From Bacteroidetes bacterium GWF2_38_335 (GTDB taxonomy: Bacteria; Bacteroidota; Bacteroidia; Bacteroidales; GWF2-38-335): 64,000 nt of DNA. The stretch covers positions 200,040-264,039 of the forward strand of contig MEOH01000001.1 in NCBI GenBank assembly GCA_001769535.1, written 5' to 3'. The stretch's first letter is position 1. Each line of letters opens with the position of its first letter. Positions 8,457-18,028 of the stretch are shown here, one piece after another. Position numbers and translations under genes: made by a program. Below the pieces are notes generated by a model that saw only the letters and a list, made by a program, of their open reading frames with translations, was not told the origin of the DNA and did not search any database.

Positions 8457-10931
8457 TTACATCGGATCCACATCTATCGAAACAATCATTGACTTGTAGC
8501 CCGGCTGCAGCCGCAGGATTTCAATTTTCTGAAAAATAAGTTCTTTGGCTTTTAAACCGGCTTTTTCACGCTCAATCTTTATCAGGATGGTCTTGAGATA
8601 CCAGTTTTGTATGCGGTTGATGACCGGATCTTCAGGGCCCAAAATCCTGCTGCCAAATACCGATCTCAAAAGTTTGCCGAACTGAACTGCCCCGGCATCC
8701 AGTGTCTGTTTGTTTTTGTGCTTTAATGTGATTTTTATCAGCCGGTAAAAAGGGGGATATCTGAAATTTCTGCGGTCGAGCAACTGATCCTTATACATTC
8801 CCTTGTAATCATTTTCAATCACCTGTTTTATTATTGCATGTTCGGGATTGGCTGTTTGAATGATGACTTTTCCCTGCCTGTGCTTCCTTCCTGCCCGTCC
8901 GCTTACCTGAGCCATCAATTGAAAACTCCGTTCAAATGCCCTGAAATCGGGAAAATTGAGCAGGTTGTCGGCGTTGAGAATGCCAACCAGACTAACATGA
9001 TCAAAGTCCAAACCCTTGGTAACCATTTGCGTTCCAACAAGAATATCAATATTTCTTTGTTCAAATTCGCCAATGATTTTATCAAATGATTTTTTTGCCC
9101 GTGTGGAATCTGTATCCATTCGTGCAATCCTGGCCTCAGGAAAAAATATTTTTATTTCATCCTCAATTTTTTCGGTGCCGAAACCTTTTGTTTCTATTGA
9201 CAGACTGCCACAGGCACCACATTTGCCAATAAGCGGAACGGAGTATCCGCAGTAATGGCATACCAGACTGTTGATTCCCTTGTGATAGGTTAAGCTCACA
9301 TCGCAGTGGTTGCATTTGGGCACCCAGCCGCACACCGAACATTCAACAAATGGAGAAAAACCACGCCTGTTCTGAAACAATATCACCTGTTCCTTATTTT
9401 CAAGCGCCTCGCCGATATGGTTCAGTAGGGTTTCAGAAAAATGCGAGTGCATTTTCCTTCTTTTACGCTCATACTTTGTGTTGACAATAATGATTTCGGG
9501 GAGCTTAATCTCAAGATGTCTTCTGTCCAGCGAAACAAGAAAATACTTATTGTTGATGGCATTGAAATAGGATTCCACTGAAGGTGTGGCTGTGCCCAGG
9601 AGAACTTTGGAATTATGCAGCTGGGCCAGAACTACGGCTGCATCCCTTGCATTGTATCTGGGCGCCGGGTCATATTGCTTGAAAGAATTTTCATGCTCCT
9701 CATCAACAATAATTAACCCGAGATTGCTGAAAGGCAAAAAAACGGAAGAGCGCACACCCAAAATTATTTTGTACTTTTTTTGGTGCAATATATCCCGATA
9801 GATTTCAACCCTTTCGGCATCCGAAAATTTGGAGTGGTAAACACCAACATCATTCCCGAAAACCGATTTTAAACGGTTAATGATTTGGGCGGTAAGGGCA
9901 ATCTCGGGAAGCAGATACAAAACCTGTTTTCCCTGTTCAATGTATTCTTTGATCAGATGAATATACAGCTCGGTTTTTCCGCTTGATGTGACCCCATGCA
10001 GCAGGCAAACCTGCTTGTCCTGAAAACCGGTTCTTATCTCAGAAATGGCTTTTTCCTGATGCTCACTCAGTTCCTTTAATTCATTGACGTTTACTGTCTC
10101 TCCGGGCAGCCGGTCAACCGTTTTTTCATATTCCTCAAGAAATCCCTTAACAACCAGACTTTTAATAACCGCAGCCGACACACCTGATTCCTCAACCAAC
10201 TGCTTTTTAGAAATGATATTGGGAATTTTTTTATTGAGAACTTCTGAAATCTGAATAAATTTCATGAACCCTTCGAGCTGTTTTTTTGCCCTTGCCAGAT
10301 CATCAAAAACAACATGCAGTTTTTCATGATCAAGGGAATATGAATTTGCCAGCCGGATATAAGTAACTGTTTTGGGTTTATAGCTTTCGGCGAGGTTTTC
10401 CTCGAGATAGAGGGCGTTTTTTGACAGCAGGGAATTTATCACTGAAATTGGTGACTTGCCTGATATTACCTTTCCGATATCTGAAACGGTCAGAATATTT
10501 TTTTGTCCCAGTAAATCGAGAACAGCCATTTCGTTTTTTGAAAGTTTTTCAGTTTCAACAAACTCCTCATTGTACACCACACGCGTTTCACTTTCAAGTT
10601 TTAATCCGGATGGAATAGCAGCTTTATAAACTTCACCTTCAGTGCACATATAATAACCGGCAATCCATTTCCAGAAATCAAGCTGGAAACTGTTGACCAC
10701 AGGTTCATCGTCAAGCACATCAAGAATATCCTTAACCTGATAGTTGGCAGGAGCAGAATCCACAAAACCCGAAACAATTGCCGAGTAAAGTTTTTTCTGG
10801 CCAAATTGAACAATCACACGCTTGCCGGGGGAGGCCATTCCTGAAAATTCAGGCGGAACAGAATAGGTGAACAGTTGTGGCAAAGGCACAGGTAATATCA
10901 CCTCAACATATTTTCTGTTCTCATTTTTCAT
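8457..10931 (-). CDS. priA: Primosomal protein N' (replication restart helicase)
   Basis: 824 aa. VEVILPVPLPQLFTYSVP N-terminus, GVTSSGKTE Walker A, DEEH box, and the Cys-rich zinc region CSVCGWVPKCNHCDVSLTYHKGINSLVCHYCGY. Confidence 0.9.
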   Translation of the reverse strand: MKNENRKYVEVILPVPLPQLFTYSVPPEFSGMASPGKRVIVQFGQKKLYSAIVSGFVDSAPANYQVKDILDVLDDEPVVNSFQLDFWKWIAGYYMCTEGEVYKAAIPSGLKLESETRVVYNEEFVETEKLSKNEMAVLDLLGQKNILTVSDIGKVISGKSPISVINSLLSKNALYLEENLAESYKPKTVTYIRLANSYSLDHEKLHVVFDDLARAKKQLEGFMKFIQISEVLNKKIPNIISKKQLVEESGVSAAVIKSLVVKGFLEEYEKTVDRLPGETVNVNELKELSEHQEKAISEIRTGFQDKQVCLLHGVTSSGKTELYIHLIKEYIEQGKQVLYLLPEIALTAQIINRLKSVFGNDVGVYHSKFSDAERVEIYRDILHQKKYKIILGVRSSVFLPFSNLGLIIVDEEHENSFKQYDPAPRYNARDAAVVLAQLHNSKVLLGTATPSVESYFNAINNKYFLVSLDRRHLEIKLPEIIIVNTKYERKRRKMHSHFSETLLNHIGEALENKEQVILFQNRRGFSPFVECSVCGWVPKCNHCDVSLTYHKGINSLVCHYCGYSVPLIGKCGACGSLSIETKGFGTEKIEDEIKIFFPEARIARMDTDSTRAKKSFDKIIGEFEQRNIDILVGTQMVTKGLDFDHVSLVGILNADNLLNFPDFRAFERSFQLMAQVSGRAGRKHRQGKVIIQTANPEHAIIKQVIENDYKGMYKDQLLDRRNFRYPPFYRLIKITLKHKNKQTLDAGAVQFGKLLRSVFGSRILGPEDPVINRIQNWYLKTILIKIEREKAGLKAKELIFQKIEILRLQPGYKSMIVSIDVDPM

Positions 10932-11002
10932 GGTGAGGTAAAAGTATAATTTTTATGGGGAATGGATTTAAGAAAAGGGGAGATTTTACAAACAGCAATC
11001 GT

Positions 11003-11030
11003 AAAAAAAAAGGCGGTCACCCGCCTTTTT
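11003..11030 (-). terminator. Rho-independent terminator of the adhesin gene
   Basis: AAAAAAAAAGGCGG-TCAC-CCGCCTTTTT. The GC stem is flanked by A and T runs, 3 nt past the stop at 11033. Confidence 0.75.
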
Positions 11031-11032
11031 AT

Positions 11033-14000
11033 CTATTTCTTCACAACCTTTTTCAGGTATAAATTATTATCAATCCTCACCGTAAGGAAGTAAACTCCGG
11101 GTGTGAGCGGCTGAACAAATTCGTCGAGTTTGTAATTGTATTCTCCTTCGCCTAATTTCAGTGCTACAGGATTTATCATTTCCTTTCCGGTAACATCACG
11201 GAGATACATTGCAAAATTTGCTCCTTTTCTTAAAACACAACTGACATTGAGTTGATTCTCAACAAGAGTTGGATATACTTCAATAGTGAAATTGTCGGAT
11301 ATTACCGCTGTAATACCAACCGACTGTGAGGTGGTATCAATATATTCGCCTCCGGCAGTAGTATCCACAATGAAATTGAGATCGGTGAATGTTGTGTCGT
11401 CCGGAGTTACATTGATGTCATAGGTGTTGACCTGTGGATATCCCGGAATATCAACTGTCAGAGAATAGGCGCCTTCTTCAACATCCAAAAATCCGTAGTT
11501 ACCGTCAGCATCTGTTTCGTCACAGGCAATGGGTTCGCCCTCAGGTTCCTGCTCGAGATAAATCTCGGCACCCGGAACAGGTTCTCCAAAATCTTTGGCT
11601 CCCGATAAATAATAAATTGTTCCCGAAATGTCGCCATAACCTGTTGATGCTGGCGGTGTAATCTCAAACATGTGGAAAGTAACTGTGCTTGAAGAACCAT
11701 ATGTGACCGGAATTGCAATTGCCTCAGCCCAAACAAATGCACTGTCATAATAGCTGACTGCCAGATTGGGATATAAAAATCCGTCATTGACAAATGCCCT
11801 TAGATAGTAATCTCCTTCATCGGGCATTCCGCTAAATTCGAAAATTCCTGCGGTTCCACAATTCATTGTCTGCATCAGCATCATGGAAATACCATTATTA
11901 TAATACAATTCAATTGTAACATCATCTGCATTGAAAACTCCTGTGCTGTAAACAACTGTTCCGTTAATTACCGTTTCAGGCCCGTTGTTGATGGTTGCTG
12001 ATGTGCCTGCAGTACATCCTACAGCATCGATAACTGTTACTGTGTAAATTCCGGCACACAACCCTGTTATATCAGAAGTTGTTTCAAAATTTGACCATGA
12101 AAACAAGAACGGTCCAACTCCGCCTGATGCTGATGCACTTGCTGTACCATCACAGGCCCCAGAATACGATTCGTCGGTACTTGAGGTTAAAGTAGCTGTC
12201 AGTTCATCGGGCTGGGTTATTTCTGTGGATGAATATGCTGTGCATCCATAATCATCGGTAACGGTAACTTCGTAAATTCCGGCACAAAGCCCTATTAAAT
12301 CAGAAGTGCTTGAACCATCATTCCAGATATAATAATATGAACCTGAACCTCCTGTGACAATTGTTGTAATTGTTCCATCACAGGCCCCGTAACAAACAAC
12401 CATTGACTGTCCGAGTGAAATGGTTATCACATCAGACTCAGCTACAGATGCTGAGACGGTGGTTGAACAGCTGTGAGAATCTGTTATTGTAACAGAATAT
12501 GTGCCTGCCGGAATGCCAGACAAATCTTCAGTTGAAGCACCTGTATTCCAATTAAATCCGTAGGTAGGTGTTCCTGTATTGACAGTCAGGTCCAATGCCC
12601 CTGTGCTCATGCCATTGCAAAGAACATCAGTAGGAGTAATTGTACCTGTAACCTCAGGAAATAATGTAATAGTAACATTGTCAGAAACTGCCAGACATGT
12701 TCCGTTTCCAGTTGTGGTAAGGGTCAAAGTGACTGAACCGGCTGAAATATCACCTGCTGATGGAATATAAGTTGCATTTAATGCAGTATTATCAGGAACA
12801 AAAATGCCGGTGCCCCCTGTCCATATCCCACCAAGCGCACCTGAAACATTTCCTGACAGCGTAATTGAATTTCCTGCACAAACTCCCATATCCACTCCTG
12901 CGGTTACAGTTGGGGCAGGGGTAATGGTGATATTTACAACATCATTTGCTGCTGTACATGATCCGTTTCCTGTTGTAACAAGAGTCAGTGTAATACTTCC
13001 TGCAGATATTTCAGATGCTGTCGGTGTATAAATTGCATTTAATGCCGTATTTGACGGGGTATAGGTACCCGAACCCCCTGTCCAGATTCCCCCTGTTGCA
13101 ACTGTAACTGATCCTGAAAGGTTTACATCTGAATTATTAGCGCAAACCACCATATCACCGCCTGCATTGGCAGTAATTGCTGCCGGTTCTGTAATTGTAT
13201 AAGTCGCTGATGTTGTGCATAAATTAGCATCGGCAACAGTAACAGAATATGTTCCTGCACACAGTCCGGTCAGGTTTTGAGTTGTCATCCCCCCGGTCCA
13301 TAAATAGGAATATGAAGGTACTCCGCCAGAAACAGTAATACTTAATGATCCGTTACACAAACCGAAACAGGCCACATTTGTCTGACTTAAAAGAGAGATG
13401 TTGATTTGTGGAGGTTGTGAAATAGTAACATTTCCTGCAGTGGCACAGCCATTTTGGTCGGTAACAGTGTAGGAATATGTTCCGGCAGTTAAAGAGTTTA
13501 TCGTTTGAGTGGTCTGGCCTCCCGGAAGCCAGCTATAAGTGTATGTTCCAGTTCCTCCCGTGGCATTAACAGTTGCTGAACCTGTGGCATCACCGTAACA
13601 AAGAATATTTGTCTGGGTTGTGGTTGCAACCAAAGTGGGAGGATTTATTAATGAGATCATTGAATTGGTAGTACAGCCGTTAAAATCTGTAATGGTTACA
13701 CTGGCTGAACCCATACATAAACCAGTTTCTGTTGGTAAACTTCCCCCTGACACCCATGCGTAGCTGTATGGGGCAGTACCACCCGAAGGATTTGCTGTGG
13801 CTGTACCGTTGCAGGCACCTGCGCATAATGGATCAGTCTTTGTTAAAAAGTTAGTGAGTATTGGTGGCTCAATCACAGAAACCGAACTTGTTTTCTGACA
13901 TGAAAGGGCATCGGTAACAGTAACACCATATGTGCCGGCAGCCAGTCCGGTTATAGTTTGTGTTGTTCCGCCGTTGGACCATAAATAGGTATATCCTGCT

Positions 14001-15823
14001 GTGCCTCCGGTTACACTTACTGTAGCTGTGCCATCAGACATTGAATTACATGAGACACTGGTTGAAGATGTGCTTATAATAAGATCAGCCGGTTGACCAA
14101 CTGTTCCTGTACTTGTTGCTGAACATCCGTTCATGTCTGTGACTGTGACATTATATGAGCCCGGGCAAAGGTTTGTTGCCACTTGTGTTGACTGGGAACC
14201 GGGATCATTCCAACCATATATGTAAGTTGGTGTTCCGCCTGCCGGCATTGCCTGTGCATATCCAAAGCAGGAACCAAAACAGGGGGTATTTGTGATACTT
14301 ACTGAAACAGTGGGATTAGGGTATACATTCAGCAGCATATTTGAGGTAGTAACCACACCACAATCATTGATTACCTCACAATAATATACTCCTGCATTTG
14401 TATTATTGACAGCTCCTAACGAAAGTGTACTCGAATTTATTCCTACCGGACTTCCTTCAAAATACCATTGGTAGGATAAACCTGTTCCAGTAGCTGCAAT
14501 TGTTATGTTGACATTTTCGCCATCACAGACATGCATGCTGGGTGAAAGGTTTGAAGTGATAACGGGAACTGAGCATAACCATAGCTTATTAATAAACATA
14601 TCATAGTTTGTACCGTTAAATGATTTACCAACAACATATACCCATTTGTCATAAATTGCCAATGCCTGCGCCTGATCCTCGTTTAAAATGGATGTTATAA
14701 CAGAACCTGAACTTCCAAATGATGCATCAATTGATCCGTTGGCCAAAAACCTGTGAACAGAAAACTTATAGCTTCCGGATAAAACGTAACCGCAGGTAAC
14801 AATTTTACCATCGGGCTGAAGTTTGATATCGTTGGCAATATGATGGTCTGAGCCAAGGTTATAAGTTACGATGCCATCTCCACTGAAAGATGCATCAGCA
14901 ATCCCTGTTGCTGTCAATCTTACCATTGTCAGGTAATTCAGCCCGCATTGTGAATATCCTGCTCCGATTATTTTTCCATCGGGTTGAACAACTACATCAT
15001 AACCGTAGTTATAATTGCAACTGATATGGTTAGTATAAATGCCTGTACTGTTAAAACTATTATCAAGTGTTCCTGTCTGGGTAATTTTTGCAATTACAAA
15101 ATCACTTGTGGTTGCAGTTTGACCAGCTATAACATAACTTCCGTCAATATGTTGTTCAATTCCATAACCGAAATTGTCATAATTTCCGGAATCAAAAACA
15201 AGAAAACCGTTTCCGTTAAAAGTATTATCAAGCTCACCAGTTTCAAGGTATCTGGCAACAAAAAAGTCAAGATTTGATCCTCCGTTTGCTTCACCTGTAA
15301 TTACAATTTTCTTGTCTGTCTGAACTGTAACATCTTCTGCAGTACAGTTTTGTACAGAAATTGGGGTCACAACATACCCTGATCCTGATCCAAATGTTCC
15401 GTCATTAGTTCCGTTGGCATTAAACCTGTAAACAACAACTTTTTTATAGGTGCTGATGGTTGTGTAACCAACTGCCACTATTCTTCCGTCATCCATTACA
15501 TCAACGCCGTAGAAAAACTCATCACCGGTGTTAATTACTATCTGTCTGTACCCTACGGTAGCAAATGTAGGGTCGTAAGAGCCGTCAGGCAGAAAACGGG
15601 CAATAATAAAATTGTAATATGTGCCAACTCTTGAAGCTCCAACTGCAACAACTTTTCCGTCACTCTGAGCCTCGACATCATAAAATTCATCGTTTCCGGG
15701 GCCAAAAGTAATGACCCTCTTTCCATCTCCATCAAAAGTATTGTCAAAGCTGCCTGCAGTTTGCGATTGAATTGTTCCAATAAGACAAATCGCTGATGTT
15801 AAAAAAAGTAATAGTTTTTTCAT
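11033..15823 (-). CDS. Giant T9SS-secreted multidomain adhesin-like protein (delta-60 repeat propeller, Ig-like, 8 SprB repeats, 2 additional 85-aa repeats, CarboxypepD_reg-like modules, T9SS C-terminal domain)
   Basis: 1596 aa. Signal peptide MKKLLLFLTSAICLIGTIQSQ. Repeated DGKxVxxG...RFxxxGxxDxSF units (aa 25-415). CxGxCxG-x(n)-GGTxxYxYxW-x(n)-LxAGTYxVTVTDxxxC units (aa 505-880 and 1057-1279). C-terminal YPTLVENQLNV...YFLTVRIDNNLYLKKVVKK resembles Por secretion tails. Confidence 0.85.
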   Translation of the reverse strand: MKKLLLFLTSAICLIGTIQSQTAGSFDNTFDGDGKRVITFGPGNDEFYDVEAQSDGKVVAVGASRVGTYYNFIIARFLPDGSYDPTFATVGYRQIVINTGDEFFYGVDVMDDGRIVAVGYTTISTYKKVVVYRFNANGTNDGTFGSGSGYVVTPISVQNCTAEDVTVQTDKKIVITGEANGGSNLDFFVARYLETGELDNTFNGNGFLVFDSGNYDNFGYGIEQHIDGSYVIAGQTATTSDFVIAKITQTGTLDNSFNSTGIYTNHISCNYNYGYDVVVQPDGKIIGAGYSQCGLNYLTMVRLTATGIADASFSGDGIVTYNLGSDHHIANDIKLQPDGKIVTCGYVLSGSYKFSVHRFLANGSIDASFGSSGSVITSILNEDQAQALAIYDKWVYVVGKSFNGTNYDMFINKLWLCSVPVITSNLSPSMHVCDGENVNITIAATGTGLSYQWYFEGSPVGINSSTLSLGAVNNTNAGVYYCEVINDCGVVTTSNMLLNVYPNPTVSVSITNTPCFGSCFGYAQAMPAGGTPTYIYGWNDPGSQSTQVATNLCPGSYNVTVTDMNGCSATSTGTVGQPADLIISTSSTSVSCNSMSDGTATVSVTGGTAGYTYLWSNGGTTQTITGLAAGTYGVTVTDALSCQKTSSVSVIEPPILTNFLTKTDPLCAGACNGTATANPSGGTAPYSYAWVSGGSLPTETGLCMGSASVTITDFNGCTTNSMISLINPPTLVATTTQTNILCYGDATGSATVNATGGTGTYTYSWLPGGQTTQTINSLTAGTYSYTVTDQNGCATAGNVTISQPPQINISLLSQTNVACFGLCNGSLSITVSGGVPSYSYLWTGGMTTQNLTGLCAGTYSVTVADANLCTTSATYTITEPAAITANAGGDMVVCANNSDVNLSGSVTVATGGIWTGGSGTYTPSNTALNAIYTPTASEISAGSITLTLVTTGNGSCTAANDVVNITITPAPTVTAGVDMGVCAGNSITLSGNVSGALGGIWTGGTGIFVPDNTALNATYIPSAGDISAGSVTLTLTTTGNGTCLAVSDNVTITLFPEVTGTITPTDVLCNGMSTGALDLTVNTGTPTYGFNWNTGASTEDLSGIPAGTYSVTITDSHSCSTTVSASVAESDVITISLGQSMVVCYGACDGTITTIVTGGSGSYYYIWNDGSSTSDLIGLCAGIYEVTVTDDYGCTAYSSTEITQPDELTATLTSSTDESYSGACDGTASASASGGVGPFLFSWSNFETTSDITGLCAGIYTVTVIDAVGCTAGTSATINNGPETVINGTVVYSTGVFNADDVTIELYYNNGISMMLMQTMNCGTAGIFEFSGMPDEGDYYLRAFVNDGFLYPNLAVSYYDSAFVWAEAIAIPVTYGSSSTVTFHMFEITPPASTGYGDISGTIYYLSGAKDFGEPVPGAEIYLEQEPEGEPIACDETDADGNYGFLDVEEGAYSLTVDIPGYPQVNTYDINVTPDDTTFTDLNFIVDTTAGGEYIDTTSQSVGITAVISDNFTIEVYPTLVENQLNVSCVLRKGANFAMYLRDVTGKEMINPVALKLGEGEYNYKLDEFVQPLTPGVYFLTVRIDNNLYLKKVVKK
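11987..12655 (-). repeat. Intragenic block of 3 SprB-type repeats (about 74 aa / 222 bp each)
   Basis: aa 1057-1279 of the adhesin, with recurring C-x-G-x-(S/C)-x-G...TVTD..GC pattern. Confidence 0.75.
12656..13183 (-). repeat. Intragenic duplication of an about 85-aa module (GGxWTGGxGxxxPxNTALNAxYxP(S/T)AxxISAGSxTLTLxTTGNGxC)
   Basis: aa 881-1056. The two copies align by eye over most positions. Confidence 0.75.
13184..14311 (-). repeat. Intragenic block of 5 SprB-type repeats
   Basis: aa 505-880 of the adhesin, period about 75 aa. Confidence 0.75.
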
Positions 15824-16060
15824 ATTATTCGGTTTTTCTTTCTATAAGTCAGTAAAAGCCCTACAATTTACAAAAAACTGGAGGAGAATACCATAAATTC
15901 AAATACAATTTGATAAACAATCATTTTTACCTTTTGAAATGAAATTTTATTTCAATGTATTTCAAACTAATTTCTCAAGTCATGGATAATAATCCCTCAT
16001 AACCATTTATTGCTTTGTATTTCACACAATTTTTGTCTTTGCAGTTTGCTCATAATTTAG

Positions 16061-16068
16061 TATATTTG
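16061..16068 (+). promoter_or_regulatory. -7 box TATATTTG for lepA
   Basis: Exact TAnnTTTG 17 nt upstream of ATG 16086. Confidence 0.5.
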
Positions 16069-16085
16069 CAGATTATTTTTTGAGA

Positions 16086-17873
16086 ATGAAAAACATTAGA
16101 AATTTTTGCATTATTGCGCATATTGACCACGGAAAAAGCACGTTGGCTGACAGATTATTACAAAAGACAGGTACTGTAAGCGACAGAGATTATCAGGATC
16201 AGGTGCTTGATGATATGGATCTTGAGAGGGAACGTGGGATTACTATTAAGAGTCATGCCATTCAGATGAACTATGAATTGAATGGCGAAAAATATATTTT
16301 AAACCTCATTGACACCCCCGGTCACGTAGACTTTTCATACGAAGTGTCACGTTCAATCGCCGCTTGCGAAGGAGCTTTACTGGTTGTTGACGCCACCCAG
16401 GGCATTCAGGCGCAAACCATTTCTGTTTTGTATCAGGCCATTGATAATAACCTTGAAATTATTCCGGTTATGAATAAAATGGATTCTGACAGCGCCATGC
16501 CCGATGAAGTTCAGGATCAAATTGTTGATCTTATTGGTTGTGAACCTGAGGATATTATCAGAGCAAGCGGCAAAACTGGTGAGGGCGTTGATGAAATTCT
16601 TGAAGCCATAGTAAAGAGAATTTCACACCCAAAGGGTGATGAAGAAGCTCCTTTACAAGCACTGGTCTTCGACTCTGTTTTTAATTCTTTCCGTGGCATT
16701 ATTTCTTACATCAGAATTGTCAATGGTCAAATCAGAAAAGGCGATAAAGTAAAGTTTTTTAATACAGGCAAAGAATACGAAGCCGATGAAATCGGTGTTC
16801 TAAAGATAAAGCAAGACCCCCGCCCTGTATTAAAAGCAGGTGATGTGGGATATATTATTTCCGGAATTAAGGTATCAAAGGAAGTTAAGGTCGGCGACAC
16901 CATTACTCATGTTGAAAACCCTTGTCTCACAGGCATAAGCGGTTTTGAAGATGTAAAACCCATGGTATATGCCGGTATTTACCCTGTGGATGCCGATGAT
17001 TATGAAGATTTGCGTGCTTCTATTGAAAAATTACAGCTAAATGATGCATCGCTTACCTTTATACCTGAATCATCAATGGCACTTGGGTTTGGTTTCCGTT
17101 GCGGATTCCTTGGACTGCTGCATATGGAAATTATCCAGGAACGTTTAGACAGAGAGTTTGACATGGATGTTATTACAACCGTTCCCAACGTCAGTTTTAA
17201 CGTTTACACCAAAAAAGGTGAAAAAATTGAGGTTCATAATCCCTCAGGATTGCCCGAGCCCAACCTTATTGAAAGAATTGAAGAACCCTATATCAAAGCT
17301 CAGGTCATAACCAAATCCGACTGGGTAGGCCAGATCATCAAACTTTGTCTGGATAAAAGAGGAACCTTGCTCAATCAGGTTTACCTCACCAGCAGCAGGG
17401 TTGAAATGACCTTTGACATGCCTCTTTCTGAAATTGTTTTTGATTTCTATGACCGGCTAAAGAGTATTTCAAAAGGATATGCTTCATTCGATTATCACCA
17501 GACAGGCTTTAAAGATGCAAAACTGATCAGGCTCGAAATCCTGTTAAACGGCGAAAAAGTGGATGCTTTATCCACACTGATCCATGTTGATCATGCCTAT
17601 GATTTTGGCAGCAGAATGTGCAAGAAACTAAAAGAGTTGATTCCAAGACAACAATATGACGTTGCCATTCAGGCAGCCATCGGAGCAAAAATCATTGCCC
17701 GCGAAACCATCAAAGCAGTGCGAAAAGACGTTACAGCTAAATGTTATGGCGGTGACATCACCCGTAAACGGAAACTCCTCGAAAAACAGAAAAAAGGTAA
17801 AAAACGCATGCGACAGGTAGGAAACGTTGAGGTACCGCAACAGGCGTTTCTGGCTGTGTTGAAATTGGATTAG
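16086..17873 (+). CDS. lepA: Elongation factor 4
   Basis: [37 protein letters not shown], and the C-terminal LepA-specific region. ATG 16086 preferred over the track's TTG 16080. Confidence 0.95.
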   Translation: MKNIRNFCIIAHIDHGKSTLADRLLQKTGTVSDRDYQDQVLDDMDLERERGITIKSHAIQMNYELNGEKYILNLIDTPGHVDFSYEVSRSIAACEGALLVVDATQGIQAQTISVLYQAIDNNLEIIPVMNKMDSDSAMPDEVQDQIVDLIGCEPEDIIRASGKTGEGVDEILEAIVKRISHPKGDEEAPLQALVFDSVFNSFRGIISYIRIVNGQIRKGDKVKFFNTGKEYEADEIGVLKIKQDPRPVLKAGDVGYIISGIKVSKEVKVGDTITHVENPCLTGISGFEDVKPMVYAGIYPVDADDYEDLRASIEKLQLNDASLTFIPESSMALGFGFRCGFLGLLHMEIIQERLDREFDMDVITTVPNVSFNVYTKKGEKIEVHNPSGLPEPNLIERIEEPYIKAQVITKSDWVGQIIKLCLDKRGTLLNQVYLTSSRVEMTFDMPLSEIVFDFYDRLKSISKGYASFDYHQTGFKDAKLIRLEILLNGEKVDALSTLIHVDHAYDFGSRMCKKLKELIPRQQYDVAIQAAIGAKIIARETIKAVRKDVTAKCYGGDITRKRKLLEKQKKGKKRMRQVGNVEVPQQAFLAVLKLD

Positions 17874-17911
17874 AATAACCCCGGCATTAATACCGGGGTT
17901 TATGCACATGG
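17874..17911 (+). terminator. lepA terminator hairpin AACCCCGG-CATTAATA-CCGGGGTT plus TTTATG; copy A of a repeat family (copy B at 41146-41182)
   Basis: Starts 1 nt after the lepA TAG. 8-bp stem. The flanks AATAACCCC and GGGGTTTATG.ACATG are shared with copy B. Confidence 0.65.
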
Positions 17912-17912
17912 T

Positions 17913-17954
17913 AGAGACGCAATATTTTTCAGAGACGCAAAATATTGCGTCTCT
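17913..17954. repeat. Palindromic element: AGAGACGCAA-AATA-TTGCGTCTCT preceded by a partial extra left arm AGAGACGCAATATT
   Basis: 10-bp perfect stem at 17931-17940/17945-17954. The upstream arm 17913-17926 is the exact reverse complement of 17941-17954 (14 bp), giving mutually exclusive hairpins. Confidence 0.8.
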
Positions 17955-18028
17955 AACCATTTTTATTCCCCAATAACATAACCGATTTTCTGTTTTTCCG
18001 TATAAAAATCTTGCGTAAACCAAATTCC

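Noticed and set aside
8290-8499. 69-aa plus-strand ORF between asnB and priA
   Set aside because: It spans the terminator hairpin and overlaps the priA 3' end. It has no start context.
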